A stretch of DNA of 62,852 nucleotides, filler included, from an uncultured Synergistales bacterium (lineage in GTDB: Bacteria; Synergistota; Synergistia; Synergistales; Aminobacteriaceae), in the NCBI GenBank assembly GCA_937897575.1. It is 5 parts of 5 records of this genome, joined end to end, with 100 filler letters (N's around TTAATTAATTAA, not from the genome) between each part and the next. Parts side by side here need not be neighbours in the genome. Positions count along the whole stretch, not along the records: positions 1 to 7,901 come from CALCQG010000128.1; positions 8,002 to 22,128 come from CALCQG010000130.1; 3 more parts are not named here. One strand, written 5' to 3'. The notes beneath the pieces are model-generated. The model was not told the origin of the DNA. It worked only from the letters and a program-made list of their open reading frames with translations, and searched no databases. Positions 1 to 9,262 of this stretch are shown one piece after another. Both the position numbers and the translations under genes were made by a program. Numbering within the stretch: the first letter of the stretch is position 1; each line of letters starts with the position of its first letter.

Positions 1-1
1 C

Positions 2-1456
2 GTGATCCTCCCCGACGGCGCGACGGCGGTTGAATCCGACGCGTACACGGGCCGGCGGGGCGAGCGAGGGAAGAGCTTCGTCCGCCGGGGTGACGGCTCC
101 TTCGAGACCACGAGGCGCCTCGAGCCGGGCGAGGGATTCACCGTCGCCGTGGCGTGGAACAAGGGCGCGGTCACGGCCCCGGAGCCCACGGTCATGGAGC
201 GTCTGCGAGGGCTGCTGGCCAGATTCCGGCTGCTCGTCGTCGGCGTCTTCCCGCTGTTGCTTCTGGCCTACTTCTACCCCGCCTGGAAGAGGAAGGGCAA
301 AGACCCCGCCGGCCGCCCCGTCATCCCCCTCTTCGAGCCGCCCGGCGGCATCGAACCAGGGTTCGCCCGCTACTTCAGGATGGGCCGATGGTCCACGGAG
401 ATCCTCGCCGCCGACCTCCTCCAGCTCGCGGTGCGGGGGGCCGTCTCCTTCGAGGAGCGCGACGGGACGACGGTGCTCCACCCCTCGGAGAAGCCGTCCG
501 ACGCCTTCGGTTTGTCCGACCCCCTCCGGGTCCTTCTCGACACCGTGCGGCGGGGGGACAAGGGCGCGGGCGTCCCGGCGGACAAATCGGGAGGGGCGAC
601 GTTCCACGACGCCGGGGAGATGCTGAAGGGGTTCTACGAGGGCCGGGCGGTGCGATACAAGCGGTCGAACCTGGAGACCACCCTGCTCGGCGCCCTGCTC
701 TTCGTGCCCATGGCCTTGGCGCTCTGGTTCATCGGGACCCCCCTCGCCCCGTTCCCCGAGCCTGCAACCGCCCTTGTCGTGGTGCTGCTGATCGTCCTCT
801 GTGCCGTCGCCGTCTGGGTTGCCGCAGACGGAGCCCTCCGGATTTTCCGAGGAGGCAAACGGCTTCGGTTTTCCTCGGTGCTGGGCTTCGCCCTGTCGGT
901 GGTCTTCGCCTTCGGCGGCGCCGTCAGCCTGACCGCCATGGCCCGGACCGACCCCGTCCTCGTCCTGGGGCTCTCGGCGGCGGTGATGATCTTCCTCACC
1001 TTCGCCCGGATCATGCCCTCGAGGACCGAGGAGGGCGCCCGGCTGGCGGAGGGGATCGAGGGGCTCGCCATGTACATCGGGACGGCGGAGAGCGGCCGCT
1101 TGACCATGCTCAACCCGCCCGAGGAGACGCCGGCGCTCTTCGAAAAGCTGCTGCCCTACGCCTTCGCCCTCGGCCTGGCCGAGACGTGGGCGAACCGGTT
1201 CAGCGCCGTGCTGGAACGGGCGAACTACCGCCCGACGTGGCAGCAGGGGTACGCTCCTCCCATGGGCGGAGGGCCGATCGTCTCCATGCCGGGCTTCACC
1301 AGCTCCCTGACGCGGAACGTCCAGTCCGCCGTCGCGAGCCACGCGGCGTCCGTCGCGAAGGCCCGATCCTACTCGGGCGGCCGGGCGTTCGGTGGCGGCG
1401 GTGGCGGCGGGTTCTCCGGCGGCGGCGGTGGTGGCGGCGGCGGACGGGGCTGGTAG
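2..1456 (+). CDS. DUF2207-type predicted membrane protein (5' truncated at window edge)
   Basis: Multiple hydrophobic TM segments, FEKLLPYAFALGLAETW motif and Gly-rich C-terminus ending GGGGGGGRGW typical of DUF2207. Confidence 0.85.
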   Translation: MILPDGATAVESDAYTGRRGERGKSFVRRGDGSFETTRRLEPGEGFTVAVAWNKGAVTAPEPTVMERLRGLLARFRLLVVGVFPLLLLAYFYPAWKRKGKDPAGRPVIPLFEPPGGIEPGFARYFRMGRWSTEILAADLLQLAVRGAVSFEERDGTTVLHPSEKPSDAFGLSDPLRVLLDTVRRGDKGAGVPADKSGGATFHDAGEMLKGFYEGRAVRYKRSNLETTLLGALLFVPMALALWFIGTPLAPFPEPATALVVVLLIVLCAVAVWVAADGALRIFRGGKRLRFSSVLGFALSVVFAFGGAVSLTAMARTDPVLVLGLSAAVMIFLTFARIMPSRTEEGARLAEGIEGLAMYIGTAESGRLTMLNPPEETPALFEKLLPYAFALGLAETWANRFSAVLERANYRPTWQQGYAPPMGGGPIVSMPGFTSSLTRNVQSAVASHAASVAKARSYSGGRAFGGGGGGGFSGGGGGGGGGRGW

Positions 1457-1484
1457 TCATGAACGAAGGAAAGGGGAGAAGGGC

Positions 1485-2198
1485 ATGAGGCGATGGGGTA
1501 TTCTTGCGGGGGTTTCTTTCCTGATTTTGACGGGACCGACCTGCTCTCTCACGGGCGAGGCGGCGGATGTCCTCATGTACGGGAGCATCACGGACTACGG
1601 CGTGGTCCAGAGGGCCGAGCCTTCGCCGTCGTCCTCCGTCCTGGGGACCTTCGACGAGGCGAACAGCTACAGGGAGCTTCTGGTGACGGGGCAGACGACG
1701 GCCCCTGACGGCGGCCTGTGGTACCGGGTGGAGTCGGACATCTTCGGCGAGGGGTGGATGGACGAAAAATCCGTCGACGTCGCCGCCCCCGAGACGGCGC
1801 TTCAACGGCTCGATCTGGAGGTCCGCTTCGCCTGCGGCATCACGCCCGCCCTGGCGGAGAAGAAGCTGGGGGCGCCGAAGAGGGTGGACAAGGCGAGCTT
1901 CGACATCCCGGAGTACGAGACGGTCGTGGAGACGATGACGGCCACCTACGACGGCTGCGAGCTCGTCTTCTGGGACGGGATCCTTCAGTCGGCCGCCGTC
2001 ACGGGGGAGACGCTCTCGTTCGGGGCTCTGACGGTGGGGGGCGACGTGCAGGACCTTCGCGGCCTCCTCGGGGAGCCGACGGAGAAAAAGGGGCGGGAGT
2101 GGTTCTTCGCCGACGAGGGGATGGAGCTGCTGGTGACCCTGGACAAGGCCGGAAAGAGGATCGAGTCCTTCCGCTCCGCCATGATCATGTACGAATGA
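1485..2198 (+). CDS. Secreted hypothetical protein with SH3-like N-terminal domain
   Basis: AG-rich RBS before ATG 1485; signal-peptide-like MRRWGILAGVSFLILT; RAEPSPSSSVLG...WYRV...GW resembles bacterial SH3b. Confidence 0.55.
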   Translation: MRRWGILAGVSFLILTGPTCSLTGEAADVLMYGSITDYGVVQRAEPSPSSSVLGTFDEANSYRELLVTGQTTAPDGGLWYRVESDIFGEGWMDEKSVDVAAPETALQRLDLEVRFACGITPALAEKKLGAPKRVDKASFDIPEYETVVETMTATYDGCELVFWDGILQSAAVTGETLSFGALTVGGDVQDLRGLLGEPTEKKGREWFFADEGMELLVTLDKAGKRIESFRSAMIMYE

Positions 2199-2226
2199 CG
2201 GCGGAGCGCCGGCAAAGAGATGACAA

Positions 2227-2263
2227 ACGAGCCCGCGGCCTTTGCGCCGCGGGCTCGTCCTTT
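2227..2263. terminator. Bidirectional intrinsic terminator
   Basis: 13-bp inverted repeat acgagcccgcggc/gccgcgggctcgt between convergent genes. Confidence 0.75.
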
Positions 2264-2282
2264 GTAAGGCTGTGACCTGTTC

Positions 2283-3227
2283 TTACCCCTTCTCCTCCCG
2301 GCGGTAGGGCTTGAGGAGCGCCGCCGGGGCCGAGGATTTTCGCGAGACGCCCACGAGGGCCACCACCGTGAGGACGTAGGGGAGGGCCAGGAAGAGGTGG
2401 AAGGGCAGATCGACGCCCAGGGCCTGAAGCCGGAGCTGGAAGGCGTCGAGCAGGCCGAAGATCAGGGCGCCGGCGGCTCCCCGGACGGGGTCCCAGTTGC
2501 CGAAGATCACCATGGCGATGCTGATCCACCCCCGGCCGCCCACCACGTCGATGAGGAACATGTTCTGGTGGGCCAGGGTGAGGAAGGCTCCCCCCACGCC
2601 CATGAGGGCGCCCCCCGCGGCGAGGCAGAGGGTTCGAACGAGAGGGACGCTGATCCCCACCGTGTCGGCGGCGAAGGGATTCTCCCCCACGGTCCGGATG
2701 GCCAGCCCCCAGGTGGTCCTGTAGAGAAGGACCCATAGGACGGGGATGAGGAGGAAGGCGACGTAGACCAGGGCGTACTGGGTGAAGAAGGCCTCCCCCA
2801 GGATGGGAATGGACGAGAGCGCCGGCAGGGCGACCTGGGTGAAGGGGGTGACCGTGGGCGGATTCACCGGGGACCCCACGGAGAGGCGGTAGATGAACAT
2901 GGCGAGCCCCGTGGAGAAGAGGGTGATCCCCAGCCCCGACACGTGCTGGGAGAGCCCGAGGGTCACGGTGAGCAGGGCCATCAGGAGGGCGAGGAGCACG
3001 CCCGAGAGGGCCGCCGCCGCCACGCCGAGCCAGAGGGACCCCGTGTGAAGCGTGGTGAGGAACCCCGACATGGCCCCCATGAGCATGATGCCCTCGATGC
3101 CCAGGTTGAGCACCCCGGCCCGCTCGCTGAGGATCTCCCCGAGAGTTCCGAAGATGATGGGCGTCGCCATGCGCATCATGGCGGCGAGCAGCCCGGTGAG
3201 GAACGTGGCAGAGAGGATGTGGTCCAT
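2283..3227 (-). CDS. Nucleoside/purine-type ABC transporter permease
   Basis: SERAGVLNLGIEG and GENPFAADTVG motifs; hydrophobic. Confidence 0.9.
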   Translation of the reverse strand: MDHILSATFLTGLLAAMMRMATPIIFGTLGEILSERAGVLNLGIEGIMLMGAMSGFLTTLHTGSLWLGVAAAALSGVLLALLMALLTVTLGLSQHVSGLGITLFSTGLAMFIYRLSVGSPVNPPTVTPFTQVALPALSSIPILGEAFFTQYALVYVAFLLIPVLWVLLYRTTWGLAIRTVGENPFAADTVGISVPLVRTLCLAAGGALMGVGGAFLTLAHQNMFLIDVVGGRGWISIAMVIFGNWDPVRGAAGALIFGLLDAFQLRLQALGVDLPFHLFLALPYVLTVVALVGVSRKSSAPAALLKPYRREEKG

Positions 3228-4285
3228 CAGTCCCGCACCGCCTGTATCCTGTACTCCGTGAGGAGCAGGGCCACGAGCATCACGAGGAGGGCCATGCCCT
3301 GGATGACGTCGGCGATGTAGGTGGGGACGCCGGTGATCCGGCTCATGGACTGGGCGCCCACCGCGATGCCGCTGAAGAAGAAGGCCGAGAGGGCCACGCC
3401 TGCGGGGTGGAGCTGGCCGAGCATGGCGATGACGATGCCCGAATAGCCGAAGCCCGGCGAGATGTCCATGAGGAGGTGGTGATGGATCGCCGCCACCTCA
3501 CCCACGCCCGCAAGGCCGGCGAGCCCTCCCGAGAGGAGGGCCGTCTTCAGGATGACGGATTTGACGCCAATCCCGGCGAAGGCCGCGGCCTTCTGGTTGA
3601 CCCCCACCGCCCGGGCCTGGTAGCCGAACACGGTCTTCGAGTTGATGAACCAGACGACGAACACCGCCGCCAGGGCCAGTACGATGCCCAGATGGAACCT
3701 CGACTTGGCGAGAAGGATGGGGAAGTGCGCGGACTCCGCTATGGCGGCGGACCTCGGCCAGCTCGAACCGGGCATCTGCAGGGGGCCGAAGAGCAGGTAC
3801 CCCATGATGTGCCACATGACGTAGTTCAGCAGCAGGGAGGTCACCACGTCGTCCACGCGGTACTTCGTCTTGAGCACGGCGGGGATGGCGGCCCAGGCCC
3901 CTCCCGCGAGGAACCCCGCTCCGCAGACGAAGAGCAGGGCGAGAAGAGGCGGCAGATTGGACGAGGCGACCCCCGCCGCGGTGGCCGCTATGGCCCCCGC
4001 GAGGAGCTGCCCCTCGGCCCCGGTGTTCCAGAACTTGGCCCTGAAGGCGAAGGCCACGGCGAGCCCCGTGAAGGTGAGGGGGGCGGCCTTGACGCAGGTC
4101 TCGAGGAAGTTGTACCGGGTCCCCACGGCGCCCTTGAAGAGGGAGGCGTAGGAGGGCCAGAGCGCCCCTCCGGCGGCGAGGATGGGGACGGCCGAGAGAA
4201 GCAGGGTGACGAGGATGGCCCCGAGGGGGACGAGAAGGCGGATCCACGGGGGGAGGGGGGCTCGTTTCTTGAGGACTAGGCGCAT
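3227..4285 (-). CDS. Nucleoside/purine-type ABC transporter permease
   Basis: FWNTGAEGQ and GFGYSGIVIAMLG motifs; hydrophobic; overlaps neighbours. Confidence 0.9.
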   Translation of the reverse strand: MRLVLKKRAPLPPWIRLLVPLGAILVTLLLSAVPILAAGGALWPSYASLFKGAVGTRYNFLETCVKAAPLTFTGLAVAFAFRAKFWNTGAEGQLLAGAIAATAAGVASSNLPPLLALLFVCGAGFLAGGAWAAIPAVLKTKYRVDDVVTSLLLNYVMWHIMGYLLFGPLQMPGSSWPRSAAIAESAHFPILLAKSRFHLGIVLALAAVFVVWFINSKTVFGYQARAVGVNQKAAAFAGIGVKSVILKTALLSGGLAGLAGVGEVAAIHHHLLMDISPGFGYSGIVIAMLGQLHPAGVALSAFFFSGIAVGAQSMSRITGVPTYIADVIQGMALLVMLVALLLTEYRIQAVRD

Positions 4286-5889
4286 AGCACGTCCCGGATG
4301 CCGCTCATCCAGAGGCCGATCTGCTCCTTGGTGGCGTATTTTCTGTCCGCGATGCCCATGATGCGCCCCTCATAGAGGACGGCGATCCGGTCCGAGAGGG
4401 CGAATATCTCGTCCAGGTCCTCCGAGATGAGGAGCGTCGCGGCGCCCCTGTCCCGTGCCTCCAGGATCCGGCCGTGGACGTACTCTATGGCGCCCACGTC
4501 GAGGCCTCGCGTGGGCTGCGCGGCCACCACGACCTTGGGGTCCGCCGAGAGCTCCCTGGCGAGGATGATCTTCTGGAGGTTGCCGCCCGAGAGGGTCCTG
4601 GCGGGGGCCCTCCGCCCGTCCGCCTTGATGCCGAAGTCGCACATGAGCCCTTCGGCGTGGTCCCCTATGGCCTCCCGGTCGAGCATGCCGGAGCGGCGAA
4701 AGTCGCCGTGGTGCTCCATGACGAGGTTGTCCTCCACGGAGAGGTCCAGCATGAGCCCCGTGGTCATGCGGTCCTCGGGGATCCGGCCCATGTGACGGTC
4801 CACCCGGCTTTTGGGGTTTCCGTCGGGGAGCGCGGCGCCGTCGAGGACGATGGTCCCCGATGTGGGGACCCGAAGGCCGAAGAGGGCGTCGGCGAGCTCC
4901 ATCTGACCGTTGCCCGAGACGCCGGCGAGGCCCACGACCTCCCCGGAGTGGACGTCCAAAGAGAGGTCCTTCACCGCGTCGAGCCCCTTGTCGTTTCGCA
5001 CCGTGAGCCTGGACACGGAGAGGAGCGCGGCCCCGGCTTTCCGCGCCGTCGCGGTCTTCCCGGCCAGCTCGTGCCCCACCATGAGATTCGCGAGCTCCCG
5101 CTCGTCCGTCTCGGAGACGGACCGCTCGGCGCAGATCACGCCCTTGGCCAGGACCACCACCCGGTGGGCGATCTCCATCACCTCGTAGAGCTTGTGGGAG
5201 ATGAAGACGATGGAGCACCCCTCGGCTGCCAGGGTGCGCAGCGTGTCGAAGAGCTCCCTGGTCTCCAGGGGGGCGAGGACCGCCGTGGGCTCGTCGAGGA
5301 TGAGGATCCTGGCGTCCCGGTAGAGGGCCTTGAGGATCTCCACCTTCTGCTGTCCGCCGATGGGAAGGGTCCACACCGGCGCGTCGGGGTCCACGGCGAG
5401 GCCGAACCGTTTCTGGAGGGCGCAGAGCTTCTCCCGTGCCCTCTTCATGTCGAGGAAGAACCGTCCGCCCGACGAGCCCACCACCACGTTCTCCAGCACG
5501 GTCTGGGAGGGGACGAGGGTGAAGTGCTGGTGGACCATGCCGATCCGGCAGGCGATGGCGTCCCTCGGGGAGGCGAAGGAGACCTTCTTGCCGTGGATGA
5601 GGATCTCCCCCTCGTCGGCGGCGTAGTACCCGAAGAGGATGTTCATGAGGGTGGTCTTCCCGGCGCCGTTCTCCCCGAGGAGGGCGCAGATCTCCCCCGG
5701 CCGCAGGGAGAAGTTCACCCGCTCGTTGGCCACCACGTCCAGGAAGGTCTTGCGGATGGCCCGCATCTCCACCACGGGCTCCGGGACCTGCTCCTGTTCT
5801 CTGGCCTTCACGGGGAAGGAGGCGCGGACGGCGGGGCTTTTCTGCGGGGAGCGCACGGCGATCCTTTCAGTCATGACTGTTGTTGGCAT
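4276..5889 (-). CDS. ABC transporter ATP-binding protein with two NBDs (true start may be further downstream)
   Basis: GENGAGKTT Walker A, ILDEPT, LSGGNLQK, QPTRGLDVG. Confidence 0.92.
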   Translation of the reverse strand: MPTTVMTERIAVRSPQKSPAVRASFPVKAREQEQVPEPVVEMRAIRKTFLDVVANERVNFSLRPGEICALLGENGAGKTTLMNILFGYYAADEGEILIHGKKVSFASPRDAIACRIGMVHQHFTLVPSQTVLENVVVGSSGGRFFLDMKRAREKLCALQKRFGLAVDPDAPVWTLPIGGQQKVEILKALYRDARILILDEPTAVLAPLETRELFDTLRTLAAEGCSIVFISHKLYEVMEIAHRVVVLAKGVICAERSVSETDERELANLMVGHELAGKTATARKAGAALLSVSRLTVRNDKGLDAVKDLSLDVHSGEVVGLAGVSGNGQMELADALFGLRVPTSGTIVLDGAALPDGNPKSRVDRHMGRIPEDRMTTGLMLDLSVEDNLVMEHHGDFRRSGMLDREAIGDHAEGLMCDFGIKADGRRAPARTLSGGNLQKIILARELSADPKVVVAAQPTRGLDVGAIEYVHGRILEARDRGAATLLISEDLDEIFALSDRIAVLYEGRIMGIADRKYATKEQIGLWMSGIRDVLCA

Positions 5890-5946
5890 GAAGTCACCTC
5901 ATTTATGGCGTATCGCACCGGATCAGGGGGTCTGGGGCTCCAGAAA

Positions 5947-5975
5947 CCGGGGACCCGATGTTTCCGGGTCCCCGG
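5947..5975 (-). terminator. Intra-operon stem-loop after binding-protein gene
   Basis: ccggggacccg/cgggtccccgg 11-bp inverted repeat. Confidence 0.55.
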
Positions 5976-5983
5976 CGATTCGT

Positions 5984-6976
5984 TCAATCCGTCTTGAGCT
6001 CCGTCTCGACGACGGGGACCTCGAACTGCCCCGCCAGAATCTTCGCCTCGAGGTCGCGGACCTCCGCCACCACCGAAGCGGGGAGCTTCTGTTCGAAGTC
6101 GTGGAAGGGGGCGAGGGAGGCTCCTCCCTTGGCCATCATGGACCACTCCTTCAGGTTCCCGGCCGTCCACTGGCCCTCCCGCACCGCGTCGATGGAGTGC
6201 TTCACCGTGGGGTACATGTCCCACACGGCGCCGGTGACCACCACCTCGGGGGCCAGGTCGTGCTGGTCCGTCATGTTCCCGAAGGCCAGGACGCCCTTCT
6301 CCTTGGCGGCCTCGAAGACCCCGAAGCGCTCGGCGAAGATGAGGTCCGCCCCGGCCTCGATCTGGGCCAGCGTGGCCTCCTTGGCCTTGGGGGGATCGAA
6401 CCAGCTGCCGATGTAGGCCACCTTCACCTTCACGTCGGGGTTCACCGAGAGGGCGCCCTGCTTGAAGGCGTTCACCAGCCGGTTGACCTCGGCGATGGGG
6501 ATGGCCGCCACGATGCCCAGGGTGTTGGTCTTCGTCATGCGTCCGGCGATGATGCCGCAGAGGTAGGAGGGCTCATGAATCCAGTTGTCGAACACGGAGT
6601 AGTTGGGCTCCTGGGGGGCGAACTCGGAGCCGAAGGCGAAGGCGACCTCGGGGTAGTCCTTGGCCACGCGCCGCGTGGGCTCCTCCCCGGCGAGAAAGGC
6701 GTCGCCCACGATGAGGTCGAACCCGCGCTCGGCGTACTCCCTGAGGACCCGCTCGAAGTCGGCGGCGCCCACTTTTTCGGCGAACTCGTAGGTGATGCCG
6801 AGCTCCTTCTGCGCCTGAAGGCACGCCTGATGGATCGCGCCGTCCCATGGTTCCTCGATGGGCGTCTGGAAAATCGCCGCCAGCTTGAACTCCTTGTACT
6901 CCTTCGCCACAGCGGCATCACTCGCGAAGAAAAAGACCGCCAGGGCACAGACGGCAGCGCACAGCCACTTCCTCAC
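5984..6976 (-). CDS. BMP-family ABC substrate-binding protein
   Basis: GTG start after GGAGGT; signal peptide; YIGSWFDPPKAKEA and GADLIF BMP motifs. Confidence 0.88.
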   Translation of the reverse strand: MRKWLCAAVCALAVFFFASDAAVAKEYKEFKLAAIFQTPIEEPWDGAIHQACLQAQKELGITYEFAEKVGAADFERVLREYAERGFDLIVGDAFLAGEEPTRRVAKDYPEVAFAFGSEFAPQEPNYSVFDNWIHEPSYLCGIIAGRMTKTNTLGIVAAIPIAEVNRLVNAFKQGALSVNPDVKVKVAYIGSWFDPPKAKEATLAQIEAGADLIFAERFGVFEAAKEKGVLAFGNMTDQHDLAPEVVVTGAVWDMYPTVKHSIDAVREGQWTAGNLKEWSMMAKGGASLAPFHDFEQKLPASVVAEVRDLEAKILAGQFEVPVVETELKTD

Positions 6977-7118
6977 ATACCCCACCTCCCGATAAGGTCG
7001 AACGAACAAAGCACTCTCCGAACCCCTCCGACGCGCGACGCTGAATTTCATGGACCGATGGTGTATCATTGACCGCGGAGCCCTTGGCCGCCTTGCGCGG
7101 CGCTCCTGATCAGTTTTG

Positions 7119-7132
7119 TGTAACCGGTTGCA
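7119..7132. promoter_or_regulatory. LacI-family-like operator palindrome
   Basis: TGTAACCGGTTGCA in the divergent intergenic region, overlapping a CATAAT -10-like hexamer. Confidence 0.65.
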
Positions 7133-7164
7133 TAATATCATAAAAAAAGGGGCGGGGGAAGACC

Positions 7165-7901
7165 ATGCACCTTATCGTCCGGAGGGCACGTCTGCGCGGA
7201 AACCCTGGAGTCAAGGACATCGCCGTGGACGGCGGAGTGTTCGTCGCGATAGAAGACAGAATAGAAGAATATGGGAACAAGGAGATCGACGCCGGGGGAA
7301 ACCTGGTGTCGGCGCCCTTCATCGACCCTCACCTCCATCTCGACGCGGCGCTCTCCGAGGGGAGCCCCAGGTCCAACATGTCGGGGACGCTGCTGGAGGG
7401 CATCGCCATCTGGGGCGAGCGCAGACAGAACCTGACAAAAGAGGAACTTCTCCGGAACGCCAGGGAGGCCGTCCTCTGGGAGGTGGCCTCGGGAGTGCAG
7501 GCCATCCGGACCCACGCCGACACGACGGACTCGTCACTTCTGGCCGTGGAGGCGTTGCTCGAGCTGAAGGGCGAGATGGAGGGCGTGGCGGACATTCAGG
7601 TGGTGGCCTTCCCTCAGGACGGCGTGTTCACCTTCCCCGAAGGGGAGGGGAACCTGAGACGGGCCATGGCCATGGGGTGCGACTGCGTGGGGGCCATCCC
7701 GCACAACGAGCTGACCAGAGAGGACGGCGTGCGCTCCGTGGAGCTGGCCTTCGATCTGGCCGAGGAATTCGACCGGCTGGTGGACATCCACTGCGACGAG
7801 ACGGGGGACGATCAGTCCCGGTTCGTGGAGGTCATGGCGAAGGAGACCATTCTGCGGGGACTGGGGAGACAACGGAATGGGGGTATCCCGTCTACATACC
7901 G
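7165..7901 (+). CDS. codA: Cytosine deaminase (amidohydrolase), truncated by gap
   Basis: PFIDPHLHLD, NMSGTLLEGIAIW, QVVAFPQDG, DIHCDETGD motifs of the CodA family. Confidence 0.85.
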
Positions 7902-8001
7902 NNNNNNNNNNNNNNNNNNNNNNNNNNNNNNNNNNNNNNNNNNNNTTAATTAATTAANNNNNNNNNNNNNNNNNNNNNNNNNNNNNNNNNNNNNNNNNNN
8001 N
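7902..8001. other. Artificial contig linker
   Basis: N runs flanking TTAATTAATTAA (stops in all six frames). Confidence 0.97.
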
Positions 8002-8003
8002 AC

Positions 8004-8786
8004 TCGGAGGCCGCACAGCGCGGGTTTCCCTCGCAGACCGGCGGACCCCTCGGGGGCTGGAAGTTCTCGAACTTCAAGGACGGCGTCTTCGGCGAGTTCT
8101 TCCACGTCAATGAGGCCGATGCCAACATGGCCATTCTTCCCGACGACGTGGACCCCGCTGCGGCCGTCATGCTGAGCGACATGGTCCCCACAGGGTTTCA
8201 CGGCGTCGAGCTGGCCAACGTCCAGTTCGGCGACTCCGTCTGCGTCATCGGCATAGGGCCCGTCGGGCTCATGGCCGTCGCAGGGGCCGCCATTCGCGGC
8301 GCCTCGAGGCTCTTCGCCGTCGGCTCCCGCCCGAACTGCGTCCAGGTCGCGAAGGAGTACGGCGCGACGGACATCGTGAACTACCGCGAGGGGGACATCG
8401 TGGAGCAGATCATGAAGAAGACCGGCGGCAAGGGCGTGGACCGGGTCGTCATAGCCGGCGGCGACGTGGATACCTTCATGCAGGCCGTCACCATGCTCAA
8501 GCCGGGCGGCGTGGTCGGCAACGTGAACTACCTCGGCGAGGGCGACTACATCCGTATCCCCAGGGGCGAATGGGGCGCCGGCATGGGGCACAAGACCATC
8601 GTCGGCGGACTGATGCCCGGTGGACGGCTCAGAATGGAGAAGCTCGTCACCCTGCTCCAGACGGGGCGGCTCGACACCAGCAAGCTCATCACCCACCGCT
8701 TCCAGGGCTTCGACAAGATCGAAGAGGCCCTCTTCCTCATGAAGGACAAGCCGAAGGACCTCATCAAGCCCGTCGTCGTGATGTAA
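8004..8786 (+). CDS. adh: Zn-dependent NADP(H) secondary alcohol dehydrogenase, 5' truncated
   Basis: GGWKFSNFKDGVFGEFFHVN, DMVPTGFHG, GIGPVG, GSR NADP-type motif, KPKDLIKPVV; resembles clostridial/Thermoanaerobacter sADH. Confidence 0.88.
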   Translation, partial: SEAAQRGFPSQTGGPLGGWKFSNFKDGVFGEFFHVNEADANMAILPDDVDPAAAVMLSDMVPTGFHGVELANVQFGDSVCVIGIGPVGLMAVAGAAIRGASRLFAVGSRPNCVQVAKEYGATDIVNYREGDIVEQIMKKTGGKGVDRVVIAGGDVDTFMQAVTMLKPGGVVGNVNYLGEGDYIRIPRGEWGAGMGHKTIVGGLMPGGRLRMEKLVTLLQTGRLDTSKLITHRFQGFDKIEEALFLMKDKPKDLIKPVVVM

Positions 8787-9069
8787 GCAATACCCCGATC
8801 ACCTGTGCCGGGCGGACGATCCGCCCGGCACTTTTCATATCGCTCCCTCCTCCGTCGTGACCTCCTCCACCACAACCCGGTCCAGAACAGCAACCTTTGT
8901 CCCTTCCTTCACGCTCAAGTACACATCACTCCTCTTCATGGAGTGCGAATGACACAAAGAGACGAAGGGAGGCATGACAACGTCCCCACCCCGTTACGCT
9001 ACGACATTTTCTCTGTCTCCTTGAGCTATGACATTATTCCTGTCTCGTTACATCTGTATCTTTTTGCCG

Positions 9070-9098
9070 TTGACATTGTCGCCAAGGACGAGTACACT
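9070..9098 (+). promoter_or_regulatory. sigma70 promoter
   Basis: TTGACA-17 bp-TACACT upstream of binding-protein gene. Confidence 0.7.
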
Positions 9099-9262
9099 AC
9101 ACGAAAACTTTTTTTCTTTTCTGTATGAACGAGTACTTCCAGTACGGAGGGAGGCCCGAACGGGAGAGAAATCCCCGCTTTCGCACGACAGGCTGACGGC
9201 AGAGCGCTTTTTCAGGAGACGACGTGCACTTTTTTATGAGGACGAAGGAGGACGGTAGGATT

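Noticed and set aside
7902..8001. Repeated TTAATTAATTAA motif occurring four times
   Set aside because: Artificial six-frame-stop linker embedded in N runs, not a biological repeat
8004..8786. Functional coupling of adh with codA or with the mop cluster
   Set aside because: Separated by artificial linkers, so physical linkage is not established
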